Virus record (IMG/VR): IMGVR_UViG_2928424016_000001 | Span: 1 to 64,000 of that record | From: a virus | Lineage: Duplodnaviria > Caudoviricetes | Reading direction: 5' to 3' (one strand) | Length of the DNA: 64,000 nt | Shown here: piece by piece, positions 1 to 8,711 of the stretch | How the letters are laid out: each line of letters opens with the position of its first letter | How positions within the stretch are numbered: the stretch's first letter is position 1 | Translations under genes and position numbers: made by a program | The notes under the pieces: model-generated | What the model was told of the DNA's origin: nothing | Databases searched by the model: none | Seen by the model: the letters and a program-made list of their open reading frames with translations, nothing else

Positions 1-420
1 ATGAAGGTATTATTGTCGATTAATCCTGAGCACGTGGAAAACATATTCAGGGGTGTTAAAACATTCGAATTCCGGCGAAAAGTTTTTGCTCGGAAGGATG
101 TCCGTACTGTTGTCGTTTATTGTACAATGCCTGTGGGCAGGATTGTTGGTGAATTTGACATTGATACTATACTGGAGGATGCTCCTGATGAAATTTGGGA
201 AAAGACGCAGTTTGGTTCCGGAATTACAAAAGATTTTTTTGATCAATACTTTTCCGAGCGGAAGGTGGCCTATGCATTAAAAATTGGTGAGGTTAGGGAA
301 TACAAGGAATACATAGATCCGAAAGAAGTTCTCGACAATTTTAGTCCACCTCAGTCGTACATGTATATGAAGGAGGAGAGACGAAAACTGGATTGTAGTG
401 ATCAACTGGAGTTTTGGTGA
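1..420 (+). CDS. ASCH domain protein
   Basis: N-terminal LLSINPEHVENIFRGVKTFEFRR matches the ASCH GxKxxExR motif; low GC. Confidence 0.85.
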   Translation: MKVLLSINPEHVENIFRGVKTFEFRRKVFARKDVRTVVVYCTMPVGRIVGEFDIDTILEDAPDEIWEKTQFGSGITKDFFDQYFSERKVAYALKIGEVREYKEYIDPKEVLDNFSPPQSYMYMKEERRKLDCSDQLEFW

Positions 421-953
421 TGTCCAAAACGCGACTTGTAATCGTTTTTGGAGTATCTGGAGCAGGTAAAACTACCGCATGTGCAGAATATGTAAGTTGC
501 AGCAGGGGCGTCGTCCACTTTTCTGCTAGTGCGCTTATGAAGCGGCATCGTAAAACTGCAGGAGCGCGTTCCATCAATGAGGTGATGCAAGATCAGCATC
601 TTCTTGTTGAGCTGGTGCATGCTGCTAGATCAGGCGCTTCTGCATCACTCATGCTTCTGGATGCGCACAGCCTGATCGTCGTCGCGGGAATAGAATTTAT
701 CATTCCGGCCGATATCATAAGGGATATGAAGCCAGATGGCCTTATTTTTGTCAAAGCTGAAGGAGAGTTAATTTTTCAACGGCGCGTTGCTAGAGGAGAT
801 GCAAAAACTGATCTTCCATTGGAAATTGAGATCTCACAGGATAAGGCATTAAAGGCGGCAAAAAATTATGCGGATCAGCTCTCTTGCCCGCTTCTGATCG
901 TTGATGGAGCTCAAGGTATTGATTTGGGTGAAGCTATAAAGGAGTTATTATGA
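414..953 (+). CDS. P-loop NTPase, adenylate/NMP-kinase-like (AAA family annotation likely)
   Basis: Walker A GVSGAGKTT, LLDAH strand, 179 aa; overlaps the ASCH stop. Confidence 0.75.
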   Translation: MVMSKTRLVIVFGVSGAGKTTACAEYVSCSRGVVHFSASALMKRHRKTAGARSINEVMQDQHLLVELVHAARSGASASLMLLDAHSLIVVAGIEFIIPADIIRDMKPDGLIFVKAEGELIFQRRVARGDAKTDLPLEIEISQDKALKAAKNYADQLSCPLLIVDGAQGIDLGEAIKELL

Positions 954-1483
954 ACCGGCTGTAGAATCTTACTCCGCTTACCTTTTGAAAAAACTGCATT
1001 ATTATAACCTATCTCCTGCTTTCCGGGCACGTAGAGGCCATTTTCCACCCCGGTGAGCTTGAATCCGTACCAGTTAAATATTTTTTCAAACGCGGAAAGC
1101 TTGCTAGCGCTGACGGTAAGTCCGGGTTGGTCATCATCTAGCCACTTTAGAAGGCCGTCAAAAACTCTCAGGCCCAGCCCTCTCCCCGCGTGGTGGGGCG
1201 CTACGCGAACCGTACAAATCTTTCGCTCAATGCCATCGTTTTTTGCTATGCCGACCGCTACCAAACTGCCTTCACGGTGTATGGGAAGTAAAAATCGCGT
1301 TCCCTCTCGAAGGCCCGGTACTACTTTATTAATGTACCAATTTTCTATATCGGGATAATCCTCCGATAAAATGCTGATAAAAGATAAGGCTTCCTGCTCG
1401 AGGCTCGTCAACGACAGGCTCCACACGGTCTGAGTGCTCACCTTCAACGGCACCATTGATGTCGTATCTTTTATCAAAACCAT
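911..1483 (-). CDS. GNAT-family acetyltransferase
   Basis: KICTVRVAPHHAGRGLGLRV resembles the acetyl-CoA-binding motif A; AGGA SD upstream. Confidence 0.75.
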   Translation of the reverse strand: MVLIKDTTSMVPLKVSTQTVWSLSLTSLEQEALSFISILSEDYPDIENWYINKVVPGLREGTRFLLPIHREGSLVAVGIAKNDGIERKICTVRVAPHHAGRGLGLRVFDGLLKWLDDDQPGLTVSASKLSAFEKIFNWYGFKLTGVENGLYVPGKQEIGYNNAVFSKGKRSKILQPVHNNSFIASPKSIP

Positions 1484-1556
1484 TCGCGGGATATTCCTAA
1501 TGTTTCGAGTAAACGGGTGATGTTGCGTTTTGGTCTATATTAGCCCTAAACGCATT

Positions 1557-2594
1557 TCAAAGCCATTCCTGAACGGCTGCCGCTGCTAAATTGCCGAGCA
1601 ATCCGAAAAAAAATGCGATAGCCAAGTAAGTCACCAATATTTTCCTGCCGCTTCTACGAGTGTGAAGCTTAACGAATGATGAAAAGTCGGTTACTCCATG
1701 TCCATTTCCCCCTTCTTTCTTCCAGTGGTAAACTACCATCCCCCCTGGAATGCCGCTGGGTACGTAATTATCCCAAGGATCATGTTCGAGAAGTCTGTTC
1801 TTGTGCCATTGTATACTGCTGGCGGCGAGTTCGGAATGTACTGGCAATGCAGTAAGAAACGCTAAAAGGCTAATTTTTACTTTATTGTCTTTCTCATCCG
1901 ATCGAATCCTGTTTTCAATTTGCGGTGGGAGTGTGCGGATCTCATTAAAGCGAAAGTCTATGTATTCTATTTCTTCGAATCCGCTTTGGAAGTTACGGTC
2001 GATCGGCCTAAGTACCTGAATGAACGAGTTAGCCTCTCCGGTCGGCAGATAAATTCTTAGCCTAAAATAGATACGTTCATTTGCTTTAATCTCATGGCTA
2101 ACGGACTCAATAGCTGCCTTTTTGATTGATAGAAGCGTTCCTTCTGGGAGTTTTTCCAAAAACAAATGAGAGGGGTCCAGGCGGTCATCCTGCTTGATGA
2201 ACTTGTGCACGCGACAAAATAGGTTTTCGCTATTTTTAAGTTCAATGCGTGCTGGTGGTGGTGTCGTTGCGCACTGAAGTTTTTCGTTAAATATGCCCTG
2301 TGCGACCGATGTCTGGTCTAATTGCGCGCCCGCATCCTGAATTGAATCTATCTCCACCTTTACAGGTAAATATACGCATATTTGTCGTAAAGGCTTTGGG
2401 TTTGTTACTAAAAGGCCAATCTCCAAAAAATCTCTAGGTGGATGGTTGTCACGACCTTTGAAATCCCTGTCTCCAGCTATACGCCAAAAATTAAAATGAG
2501 TTTCCATAGACGTTTTGGTTACATCGCCATCCGAGATGCACCAAACTGCCATGCTGCCTGCTTTTTTTTGCAGCTTGTTATTGCGTTTACCCAC
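1557..2594 (-). CDS. Hypothetical 345-aa protein with a single C-terminal transmembrane helix
   Basis: Long low-GC ORF; hydrophobic tail ILVTYLAIAFFFGLLGNLAAAAV; same strand as the GNAT. Confidence 0.75.
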   Translation of the reverse strand: MGKRNNKLQKKAGSMAVWCISDGDVTKTSMETHFNFWRIAGDRDFKGRDNHPPRDFLEIGLLVTNPKPLRQICVYLPVKVEIDSIQDAGAQLDQTSVAQGIFNEKLQCATTPPPARIELKNSENLFCRVHKFIKQDDRLDPSHLFLEKLPEGTLLSIKKAAIESVSHEIKANERIYFRLRIYLPTGEANSFIQVLRPIDRNFQSGFEEIEYIDFRFNEIRTLPPQIENRIRSDEKDNKVKISLLAFLTALPVHSELAASSIQWHKNRLLEHDPWDNYVPSGIPGGMVVYHWKKEGGNGHGVTDFSSFVKLHTRRSGRKILVTYLAIAFFFGLLGNLAAAAVQEWL

Positions 2595-2930
2595 TCCTGT
2601 CTTCCCCGTCCTATCCGAATCTTAAGGTGCAATTATAGATAAATTTCAACCAAATGCATACAATAATGACTTTTCAATTTTGGGGAATAGGATTGGGAGA
2701 TTTCGAGAAAAATATTCATTTCTTCGCTGTTATGAAGGTTCGAATGCGATCCTTGAATAAATATTAATCAGACTGGAAAACGTCCCATATTTAAAAAAGA
2801 AAATTCATGCCGGGGTTTGATAGACTTTGTTTGTTAATGGCGTATTTTTGTAAAAACTCTCACTTTTAATTTTGCTTTCTGAATTTAAAAAATATCGCGA
2901 ACCGATTTTTTCCTCCCGTTGAGCATTTTA

Positions 2931-3617
2931 TTAAGGCGGATGCCCCACAAAAATAACCCGGCCCACCACGGCCAGATCCTCCACCCGGTTCGCGTCAAAT
3001 GTCTCGACCGGGTATTTTCCTGCGGTGTTGTCTGAGATCAGCTCCAGCCTGCCGTCCATGCGCCAGTTGGCGCGTTTGACCAGGACGGTGTTGCCGACGT
3101 TGAAGACGTAGATGCGGCCGTGGTCGACGGTGGTCTGGCTGGCGTCGACGATGAGCAGGGAGTTGTCCGGGATCGAGGGCAGCATGCTGTCGCCCGTGGA
3201 CCACATGAGGAAGCAGTGGTCGGGGGAGCCTCCGAGATCTCTCAGGAACTTGCGTTCAAATGCGGTTTCGCTGGTGGGCATCTGGTGGATTGCGATCAGC
3301 CCGTTTCCGGCCGAGGCGCGGACATCGTATTCCGGCATCAGCACCAGATCGTGCTTCGATTCCCTCAACTGCTCAGCGCTGGGGGGGCTTATGAACATCT
3401 CACCCTGGCCGGTAAATAACCAATTGAGATTTACGTTCTTTTCGCGTTGTAAGGTGGCGAGAAACGACCAGTCGGGCGACCTGTCCCCACGTTCGTAATT
3501 CCCCAGCGTACCATCATTCACGCCAATGCTTTCGGCGAATTCACGGCGATCCATACCCTTCCGGATCTGCGCCAGCCGCGCTCCGACGCCATTAGCTATT
3601 TTTGCAGGTCTTCCCAT
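2931..3617 (-). CDS. Phage repressor, XRE HTH + S24 peptidase
   Basis: N-terminal HTH; SAG cleavage site; GDSM catalytic Ser; VKR Lys; divergent from ner. Confidence 0.9.
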   Translation of the reverse strand: MGRPAKIANGVGARLAQIRKGMDRREFAESIGVNDGTLGNYERGDRSPDWSFLATLQREKNVNLNWLFTGQGEMFISPPSAEQLRESKHDLVLMPEYDVRASAGNGLIAIHQMPTSETAFERKFLRDLGGSPDHCFLMWSTGDSMLPSIPDNSLLIVDASQTTVDHGRIYVFNVGNTVLVKRANWRMDGRLELISDNTAGKYPVETFDANRVEDLAVVGRVIFVGHPP

Positions 3618-3700
3618 CAATAAACCATCGAATGGGGTTTACTAAATCCCAAACGATGATATTCTCCTCTATAAATACAGACCAAATCACCCATGAAAAA

Positions 3701-3720
3701 GGAGGCCGGTCAGGGCCTCC
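3701..3720 (+). promoter_or_regulatory. Hairpin in the early (ner) leader, conserved in both prophages
   Basis: GGAGGCC-N6-GGCCTCC; the same stem occurs at 45409-45429. Confidence 0.5.
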
Positions 3721-3742
3721 CCGTTCACAACGAGGACCTACT

Positions 3743-4087
3743 ATGCACCGTGCCCGTATTGCGGACAAGGCAGCGAAACTGCGCCTTGATGAGATAAATC
3801 GCATAAAGGCCAAACTTAATCTGGCCGGTCTCACCTTACTGGCGATCGACCGGGAATATGGGCTGCCGCGCGGCACGGCTGGAAACACGTTGCAGCAGGC
3901 GAACCTCGCCGGTGAACGCGCCATTGCAGCCGCTTTGAAAACCCGTCCGCATCTTTTGTGGCGCAGCCGTTACCATCCGAGTGGCGAGCGGCGCGCACCG
4001 CAACCGGCGGAGAATTATCGCCGGCCTCCCAGTATGCTTGATCGGCGTCAGAAGCATGAAACCGATGGCTCTATGGAGGCTGCGTGA
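3743..4087 (+). CDS. ner: Ner-like DNA-binding protein
   Basis: GERAIAAALKTRPHLLWRSRY motif; first gene divergent from the repressor; start moved to the ATG after GAGG. Confidence 0.85.
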   Translation: MHRARIADKAAKLRLDEINRIKAKLNLAGLTLLAIDREYGLPRGTAGNTLQQANLAGERAIAAALKTRPHLLWRSRYHPSGERRAPQPAENYRRPPSMLDRRQKHETDGSMEAA

Positions 4088-4437
4088 TGGCCCCGCCATT
4101 CAAATTCGACCCCGATTTTCTCGACACGTTGATCGATGCGATCAACATGCACCGTAGTGAACTGTCGGCGGAAAAAGGCAAGCGGTTGGTTTCCGCGCTT
4201 AAATCCCGCTTGAGCAAGGACCTTCTGGAGGAGCATGCGGAACGCTCTCTGATCGATGCCTATAGTGTCGCCCGCCGCCGGCTTTCCGTCGAGCAGGCAG
4301 ATGCTGCGATTGAGCGGGCAGAGCGCCGGATCACTCGTCTCAAGCTTTATCGCCGCCGTCTGGCGCTTTCGGCACAAGAGTTGGCCGAAATCTTTCGGTC
4401 TGCGCAGGCTCGTGCCGAGGAAGAGGGGCAGGAATGA
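4084..4437 (+). CDS. Hypothetical early protein (coiled-coil)
   Basis: Translationally coupled to ner; GGAGG upstream. Confidence 0.65.
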   Translation: MMAPPFKFDPDFLDTLIDAINMHRSELSAEKGKRLVSALKSRLSKDLLEEHAERSLIDAYSVARRRLSVEQADAAIERAERRITRLKLYRRRLALSAQELAEIFRSAQARAEEEGQE

Positions 4438-4756
4438 GCCCCGCCATGATCCGCAACATCCTTTGCCGGTCACCGGTTTCGTTTCTCTCTATCAACGCGT
4501 CGTCAATGCGCGGCAGCGCCTTGCGAAAGCCCTCGATTGAGAACCCGGGAAGAAGAACGTCGAGCGTTATCAGCAGATGCCTGATGATCCTCTCCTGTGC
4601 TGCCAGCATTTCCTTGATCGTCGGGTCCTCCACGTCCGGCAGTTCCTCGTCAGTGTGGCAGCCGGTCCAGTCCTCCATGTGGTGCATCTGGCGCTCAAGT
4701 TCGTTCAGTCTCAGCTCATTTAGGCGGCTCGCCTTCCTGCACCCTCGTCTGATCAT
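4340..4756 (-). CDS. Hypothetical protein, counter-oriented within the early operon
   Basis: GGAG SD upstream; fills the gap between + genes; 3' overlap with 4084-4437. Confidence 0.5.
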   Translation of the reverse strand: MIRRGCRKASRLNELRLNELERQMHHMEDWTGCHTDEELPDVEDPTIKEMLAAQERIIRHLLITLDVLLPGFSIEGFRKALPRIDDALIERNETGDRQRMLRIMAGLIPAPLPRHEPAQTERFRPTLVPKAPDGGDKA

Positions 4757-4945
4757 CGTCGCACTCCGTCATTTAAAGCTGGAGCCAGTTTTCCCGCAAA
4801 GAAAGCCCCCGTTCCGGCTGTCCAGTCCTGCTGTCCGCGCCGCACACCAAGAATTCTCGAAACATCCGAGTCCCGCAATGACAAATCAACAATCCAGAAT
4901 TGTCATCCAAATCCGGCTTCTGACGGTACTGAAGAGGATGAAGCC

Positions 4946-5296
4946 ATGCTGAACCTGTACTCCCAGGCGTCCCTGCATGACGGTGTCTTTCATGCCTGCG
5001 TGATGGCGGTGCGGGACGGTTTTCCGCATCTGACGGCCCAGGCGATCATCGATCCGCCGCATGAATGGTTCGATGCGGCGCTGGCGCGGCAGGTGGTCAT
5101 TCACCTGATGGTTCGGGTGTTTCTGATCCCCAAGCGCCGCGTGGTGGAGCAGCAGGAGCGTTCCCGCGAGGCCGTCAACCGGGCGCTTCGAACCATAGAT
5201 CAGCGCCTGAACACCCCCAGATTTGAAACCCATTACTGCAGGATTGCGGCTGCGGCCCGCGCCTCGCTGACTGCCCGCATGGAGGACGCCGCCTGA
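4946..5296 (+). CDS. DnaA C-terminal (domain IV)-like HTH protein
   Basis: ALARQVVIHLM...RSREAVNRALRTID parallels the DnaA ARQIAMYL...RDHTTV pattern; homolog at 45969. Confidence 0.55.
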   Translation: MLNLYSQASLHDGVFHACVMAVRDGFPHLTAQAIIDPPHEWFDAALARQVVIHLMVRVFLIPKRRVVEQQERSREAVNRALRTIDQRLNTPRFETHYCRIAAAARASLTARMEDAA

Positions 5297-6150
5297 TGGC
5301 CGAGTTCAAAACCATTCCTATCGATCAGATCGTGGTTCCGGAGCGCCTGCGGGCGGTGGAGGAAGATCACGCGCTGGCCATTGCCCAGAGCATTGTCGAA
5401 CACGGTCTGCTCAACCCGATCACCGTTCGCAGCACGCCTGCGGCCAAGGGCGGCAATTATACGCTTGTGGCCGGAGCGCATCGTCTCCGGGCCATGGTGC
5501 TGAATGACGAGAGCACGATTGAGGCCATGGTGGTGGAGGCCGACAAGGCCGAGGCGCAATTGCTGGAGATCACCGAGAACCTGTTTCGCAACGAGCTTTC
5601 GGTGATCGACCGGGCGATTTTCGTGCAGAGCTACCGCGATGTGTGGGAGCAGAAGTATGGGAAAATCACTCCCGGCGGTGACCAAAAATCAAAGCGACAA
5701 GTTGTCGCTTTGGTCGGCAACAGAGCAAATCTGGCGCTTTTGTTTCAAGAGGAGGCTGGGCAAGGCTTCTCTGAACATGTTGCCGAACGCCTTGGCTTTT
5801 CAAAGCGGTCCGTAGAGCGTCTTAACCGGATTGCGCAGAGCTTATCTCCCGGTCTCCGCAAGGCGCTTCGCGGCACGCCTGCCGCCGATAACCAGTCCTT
5901 GCTGCTCAAGCTCGCCAAGGCTGGCCCCAGCAAGCAGGCGGGTATTCTGGCCGGGCTGGAGAAGGAGCCGGATATCAAGAAGGTTCTGGCCTGGGCGAAA
6001 GACCCTGCGCCGCCGATCTCGGATGCCGACAAGCAGGCGATCTTCCTTCACCAGTTGAAGACGGCCTGGAAAGGGGCCGATGAGGCGACGCGCCAGCGGT
6101 TCCTGCAGTCCATCGGGCTGGCAGACGATGTGCAAGAGGCTGCCCAATGA
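5296..6150 (+). CDS. ParB/RepB/Spo0J-family protein
   Basis: GLLNPITVR and LVAGAHRLRA (GxxRxxA) ParB N-terminal motifs; HTH follows. Confidence 0.88.
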   Translation: MAEFKTIPIDQIVVPERLRAVEEDHALAIAQSIVEHGLLNPITVRSTPAAKGGNYTLVAGAHRLRAMVLNDESTIEAMVVEADKAEAQLLEITENLFRNELSVIDRAIFVQSYRDVWEQKYGKITPGGDQKSKRQVVALVGNRANLALLFQEEAGQGFSEHVAERLGFSKRSVERLNRIAQSLSPGLRKALRGTPAADNQSLLLKLAKAGPSKQAGILAGLEKEPDIKKVLAWAKDPAPPISDADKQAIFLHQLKTAWKGADEATRQRFLQSIGLADDVQEAAQ

Positions 6151-6611
6151 GCAAGCCCGATCCTTCCCAACTCGACTTTTTCGCCCAGCCGGTCTTTCCG
6201 GTGCGCGACGGCGCAAAGCAGGTCGATATCGACCGCTACCGCGCCAAGATCAAACGGGCGATGGCGCGCGCCATCCGCGAATGCGACCATGACCGGCCGA
6301 CCATCGCCGCCCGCATGGCGCAATATCTCGGCCTGCCGAATATCAGCAAGGCCACGCTGGACGCCTACACCGCCGAAAGCCGCAATGGCCACGATGTGAC
6401 GCTGATCCGTTTCACCGCTTTCGTGCATGCCACCGGGGCGCTCTGGCTTTGGGATGAGGTGGCCTCCGTGCAGGGCGTGACCGTGTTGATCGGTGACGAG
6501 GCGCGGCTGGCCGAGATTTCCCGGCTGCGGCAGGAGCGCAAACGGATCGAGGCGGAAATCCGCCGCCAGAGCGCCCGCCCGGTGACGCTGGTTCCGAGGG
6601 GGCGGTCATGA
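6147..6611 (+). CDS. Conserved phage early protein (CII-like/HTH, uncharacterised)
   Basis: Coupled ORF; homolog at 47191. Confidence 0.7.
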   Translation: MSKPDPSQLDFFAQPVFPVRDGAKQVDIDRYRAKIKRAMARAIRECDHDRPTIAARMAQYLGLPNISKATLDAYTAESRNGHDVTLIRFTAFVHATGALWLWDEVASVQGVTVLIGDEARLAEISRLRQERKRIEAEIRRQSARPVTLVPRGRS

Positions 6612-8674
6612 AGGAGTGGTTTTCGCTGGCCGAGCTTGCGGAACTGAACCTGCCGGGGTTGCCGGGCAATGCTGCAAGCCTGCATCGTCTCGCCGTCAAC
6701 CAGAATTGGCGCCACCATCCCGGTCTGGCGCGGCAGGTGAAAGGCACGACCAAGAAGATCTGGGAATATCATGTTTCGCTGCTGCCGCATTCGGCGCGGA
6801 CACGGCTGACCATTGCCTCCGGATCGCAAACGCCCGAGCAGTGGCAGGCGATGATGGCGCGCAAAAACCGCATTTGGGCACGGTTTGAAAGGCTTTCAAA
6901 CGAGCATCGAGCGATCTGTAAAACCCGTTTCGAGGTGCTTTGCCGGGTGGAAGCGCTGGCGGCCCAGCCGGGTGTCAGCCGCGCGGCTGCCATTGCCATT
7001 GCAACGGCCGATGCCGGTGTTCAGAAGTCTGCCTATTATGCCTGGAAGGCGCTGACGAAGGATCTCAGCCGGGAGGACTGGCTGGCCGCGCTTGCGCCAT
7101 CGCTGTCGCCCAGCTTTACGATCATGCCGGAGATGGCCGATATCCATCCCGAGGCCTGGATTTTCCTGAAATCCGATTACCTGCGGCCGGAAAGGCCCGC
7201 CTTTGCCGCCTGCTATCGGCGGATGATGAAGGTTGCCAAGCGGGAAAACTGGTCGCCGATCCCCTCCGAACGGTCGCTGCGCCGCCGTTTCGACCGCGAA
7301 GTCGGCAAGGCGGTCACGCTTTTGAAGCGCGAGGGCAGGGACAAGGCAAAGGCGCTCTATCCTGCCCAGCGCCGCAGCCGTGCGGATCTGCATGCCATGC
7401 AGATGGTCAACATGGACGGCCACAAGATCGATGTGTTCGTTTCGGTGCCCTGGGCGAAGAAGCCGGTGCGGTTTTTCCTGATCGGTATTCAGGATCTCTA
7501 TTCCGGCAAGATTGTCGCCTGGCGGCTTTCCGAATCCGAAACCTGGGAAGCGGTGCGGCTGGTGATCGGCGATATGGTCGAGACCTTCGGCATTCCCGAA
7601 GACATCTATATCGACAACGGCAAGGCCTTTGCCAGCAAGTGGATCACCGGCGGTACGGTCAACCGGTTTCGCTTCAAGGTGAAGCCGGAAGATCCGCGCG
7701 GTCTGCTGACGACGCTCGGGATCGAGGTGCACTGGACCCGGCCTTATTCCGGCCAGTCCAAACCCATTGAGCGCGCCTGGCGGGATCTGGCGGAAAACAT
7801 CTCCAAGCATCCCTTCTGCGCCGGGGCCTATACCGGCAACAAGCCGGATGCCAAGCCGGAAAACTATATGGAGCGGGCCATTCCGCTCGAAGATTTCCGG
7901 GCGCATGTCGCCGCGCAGATCGTCGAACACAATGCGCAGGAGGGGCGGCGGGCCGAAAACTGCAAGGGCCGCAGCTTCGACGAGACCTTTGCCGCCTCCA
8001 TGGCCGCGCCGACCACCATCGTCCGGGTGCCGTCCAGGGCGCAGGCCTCGCTTTGGCTTCTCGCCTCCGAGGCGATCAAGACCCAGAAATCGAATGGCGG
8101 GGTGCATTTCCAGGGCAATCGATACTGGCATCCGGCGCTGAACGAATGGGCCGGAAAGCAGGTGATCATCCGCTTCGATCCCGATGCGCTGCACAAGCCG
8201 ATCAAGGTCTATGACCTGAAGAACCGGCTGATCTGCGAAGCAGGCTGCCTGGACGATGCAGGCTTCAGCAACAGGGACGATGCCCGTTCGCATGCGCGGC
8301 TTGCCAAGGCGCACCAGAAGGCGGTGGCCGCCAAGGCCGAGGCGGAAGCGGCACTCACGGCCCAGCAGCTTGGCGAGATCTATTACAAGGGATTGAAGCC
8401 GAAGCCGGTGGACGCGCCGGAGATCATCCGGCCTGCGGTGACGCGGTTGATTACCCGCACCCAGCAGGTGGAAGCGCCTGTCGAGGCAATTTCCGATCAG
8501 CATTTCGAAGACAGTTTTTCCCGCGCGCTGGGCCTGATCCAGGGCGGCGGGATCATTGAATTCCCGCGAGGGAATAGCCTGGCGTCGCGTGTTGCAGACG
8601 CCGGAAACAACGAGCCGAAAAGTAAAGCGTACGGTTCCGGAAAAAAGAAGGGCAGTCCGAAGACTGCCCGATAA
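6608..8674 (+). CDS. Mu-type DDE transposase A
   Basis: N-terminal Mu DNA-binding domain; NMDGH, YIDNG, KPIER catalytic motifs; Mu transposase C-terminal domain. Confidence 0.95.
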   Translation: MKEWFSLAELAELNLPGLPGNAASLHRLAVNQNWRHHPGLARQVKGTTKKIWEYHVSLLPHSARTRLTIASGSQTPEQWQAMMARKNRIWARFERLSNEHRAICKTRFEVLCRVEALAAQPGVSRAAAIAIATADAGVQKSAYYAWKALTKDLSREDWLAALAPSLSPSFTIMPEMADIHPEAWIFLKSDYLRPERPAFAACYRRMMKVAKRENWSPIPSERSLRRRFDREVGKAVTLLKREGRDKAKALYPAQRRSRADLHAMQMVNMDGHKIDVFVSVPWAKKPVRFFLIGIQDLYSGKIVAWRLSESETWEAVRLVIGDMVETFGIPEDIYIDNGKAFASKWITGGTVNRFRFKVKPEDPRGLLTTLGIEVHWTRPYSGQSKPIERAWRDLAENISKHPFCAGAYTGNKPDAKPENYMERAIPLEDFRAHVAAQIVEHNAQEGRRAENCKGRSFDETFAASMAAPTTIVRVPSRAQASLWLLASEAIKTQKSNGGVHFQGNRYWHPALNEWAGKQVIIRFDPDALHKPIKVYDLKNRLICEAGCLDDAGFSNRDDARSHARLAKAHQKAVAAKAEAEAALTAQQLGEIYYKGLKPKPVDAPEIIRPAVTRLITRTQQVEAPVEAISDQHFEDSFSRALGLIQGGGIIEFPRGNSLASRVADAGNNEPKSKAYGSGKKKGSPKTAR
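8641..8669 (-). terminator. Minus-strand intrinsic terminator at the A/B junction
   Basis: GGGCAGTC-CGAA-GACTGCCC preceded on + by AAAAAAGAA. Confidence 0.55.
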
Positions 8675-8711
8675 CAGGCCCGAATGGGCACTTTGACGGA
8701 GCTATAGTTAG

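Noticed and set aside
911-1483. GNAT as a Mu Mom DNA-modification gene
   Set aside because: Wrong position and context; the mom slot is filled by the D12 methyltransferase at 40299.
2771-2781. GACTGGAAAA near the repressor as the prophage 1 left end
   Set aside because: Single copy in AT-rich DNA with no TG terminus or repeats; may be chance.
6896-8503. Long minus-strand ORFs opposite major genes (also 16508-17929, 17881-19206, 27942-29450, 32346-34097, 34686-36425, 58992-60365)
   Set aside because: Antisense shadows typical of high-GC coding DNA; no motifs or SD, and the + strand genes are clearly recognisable.
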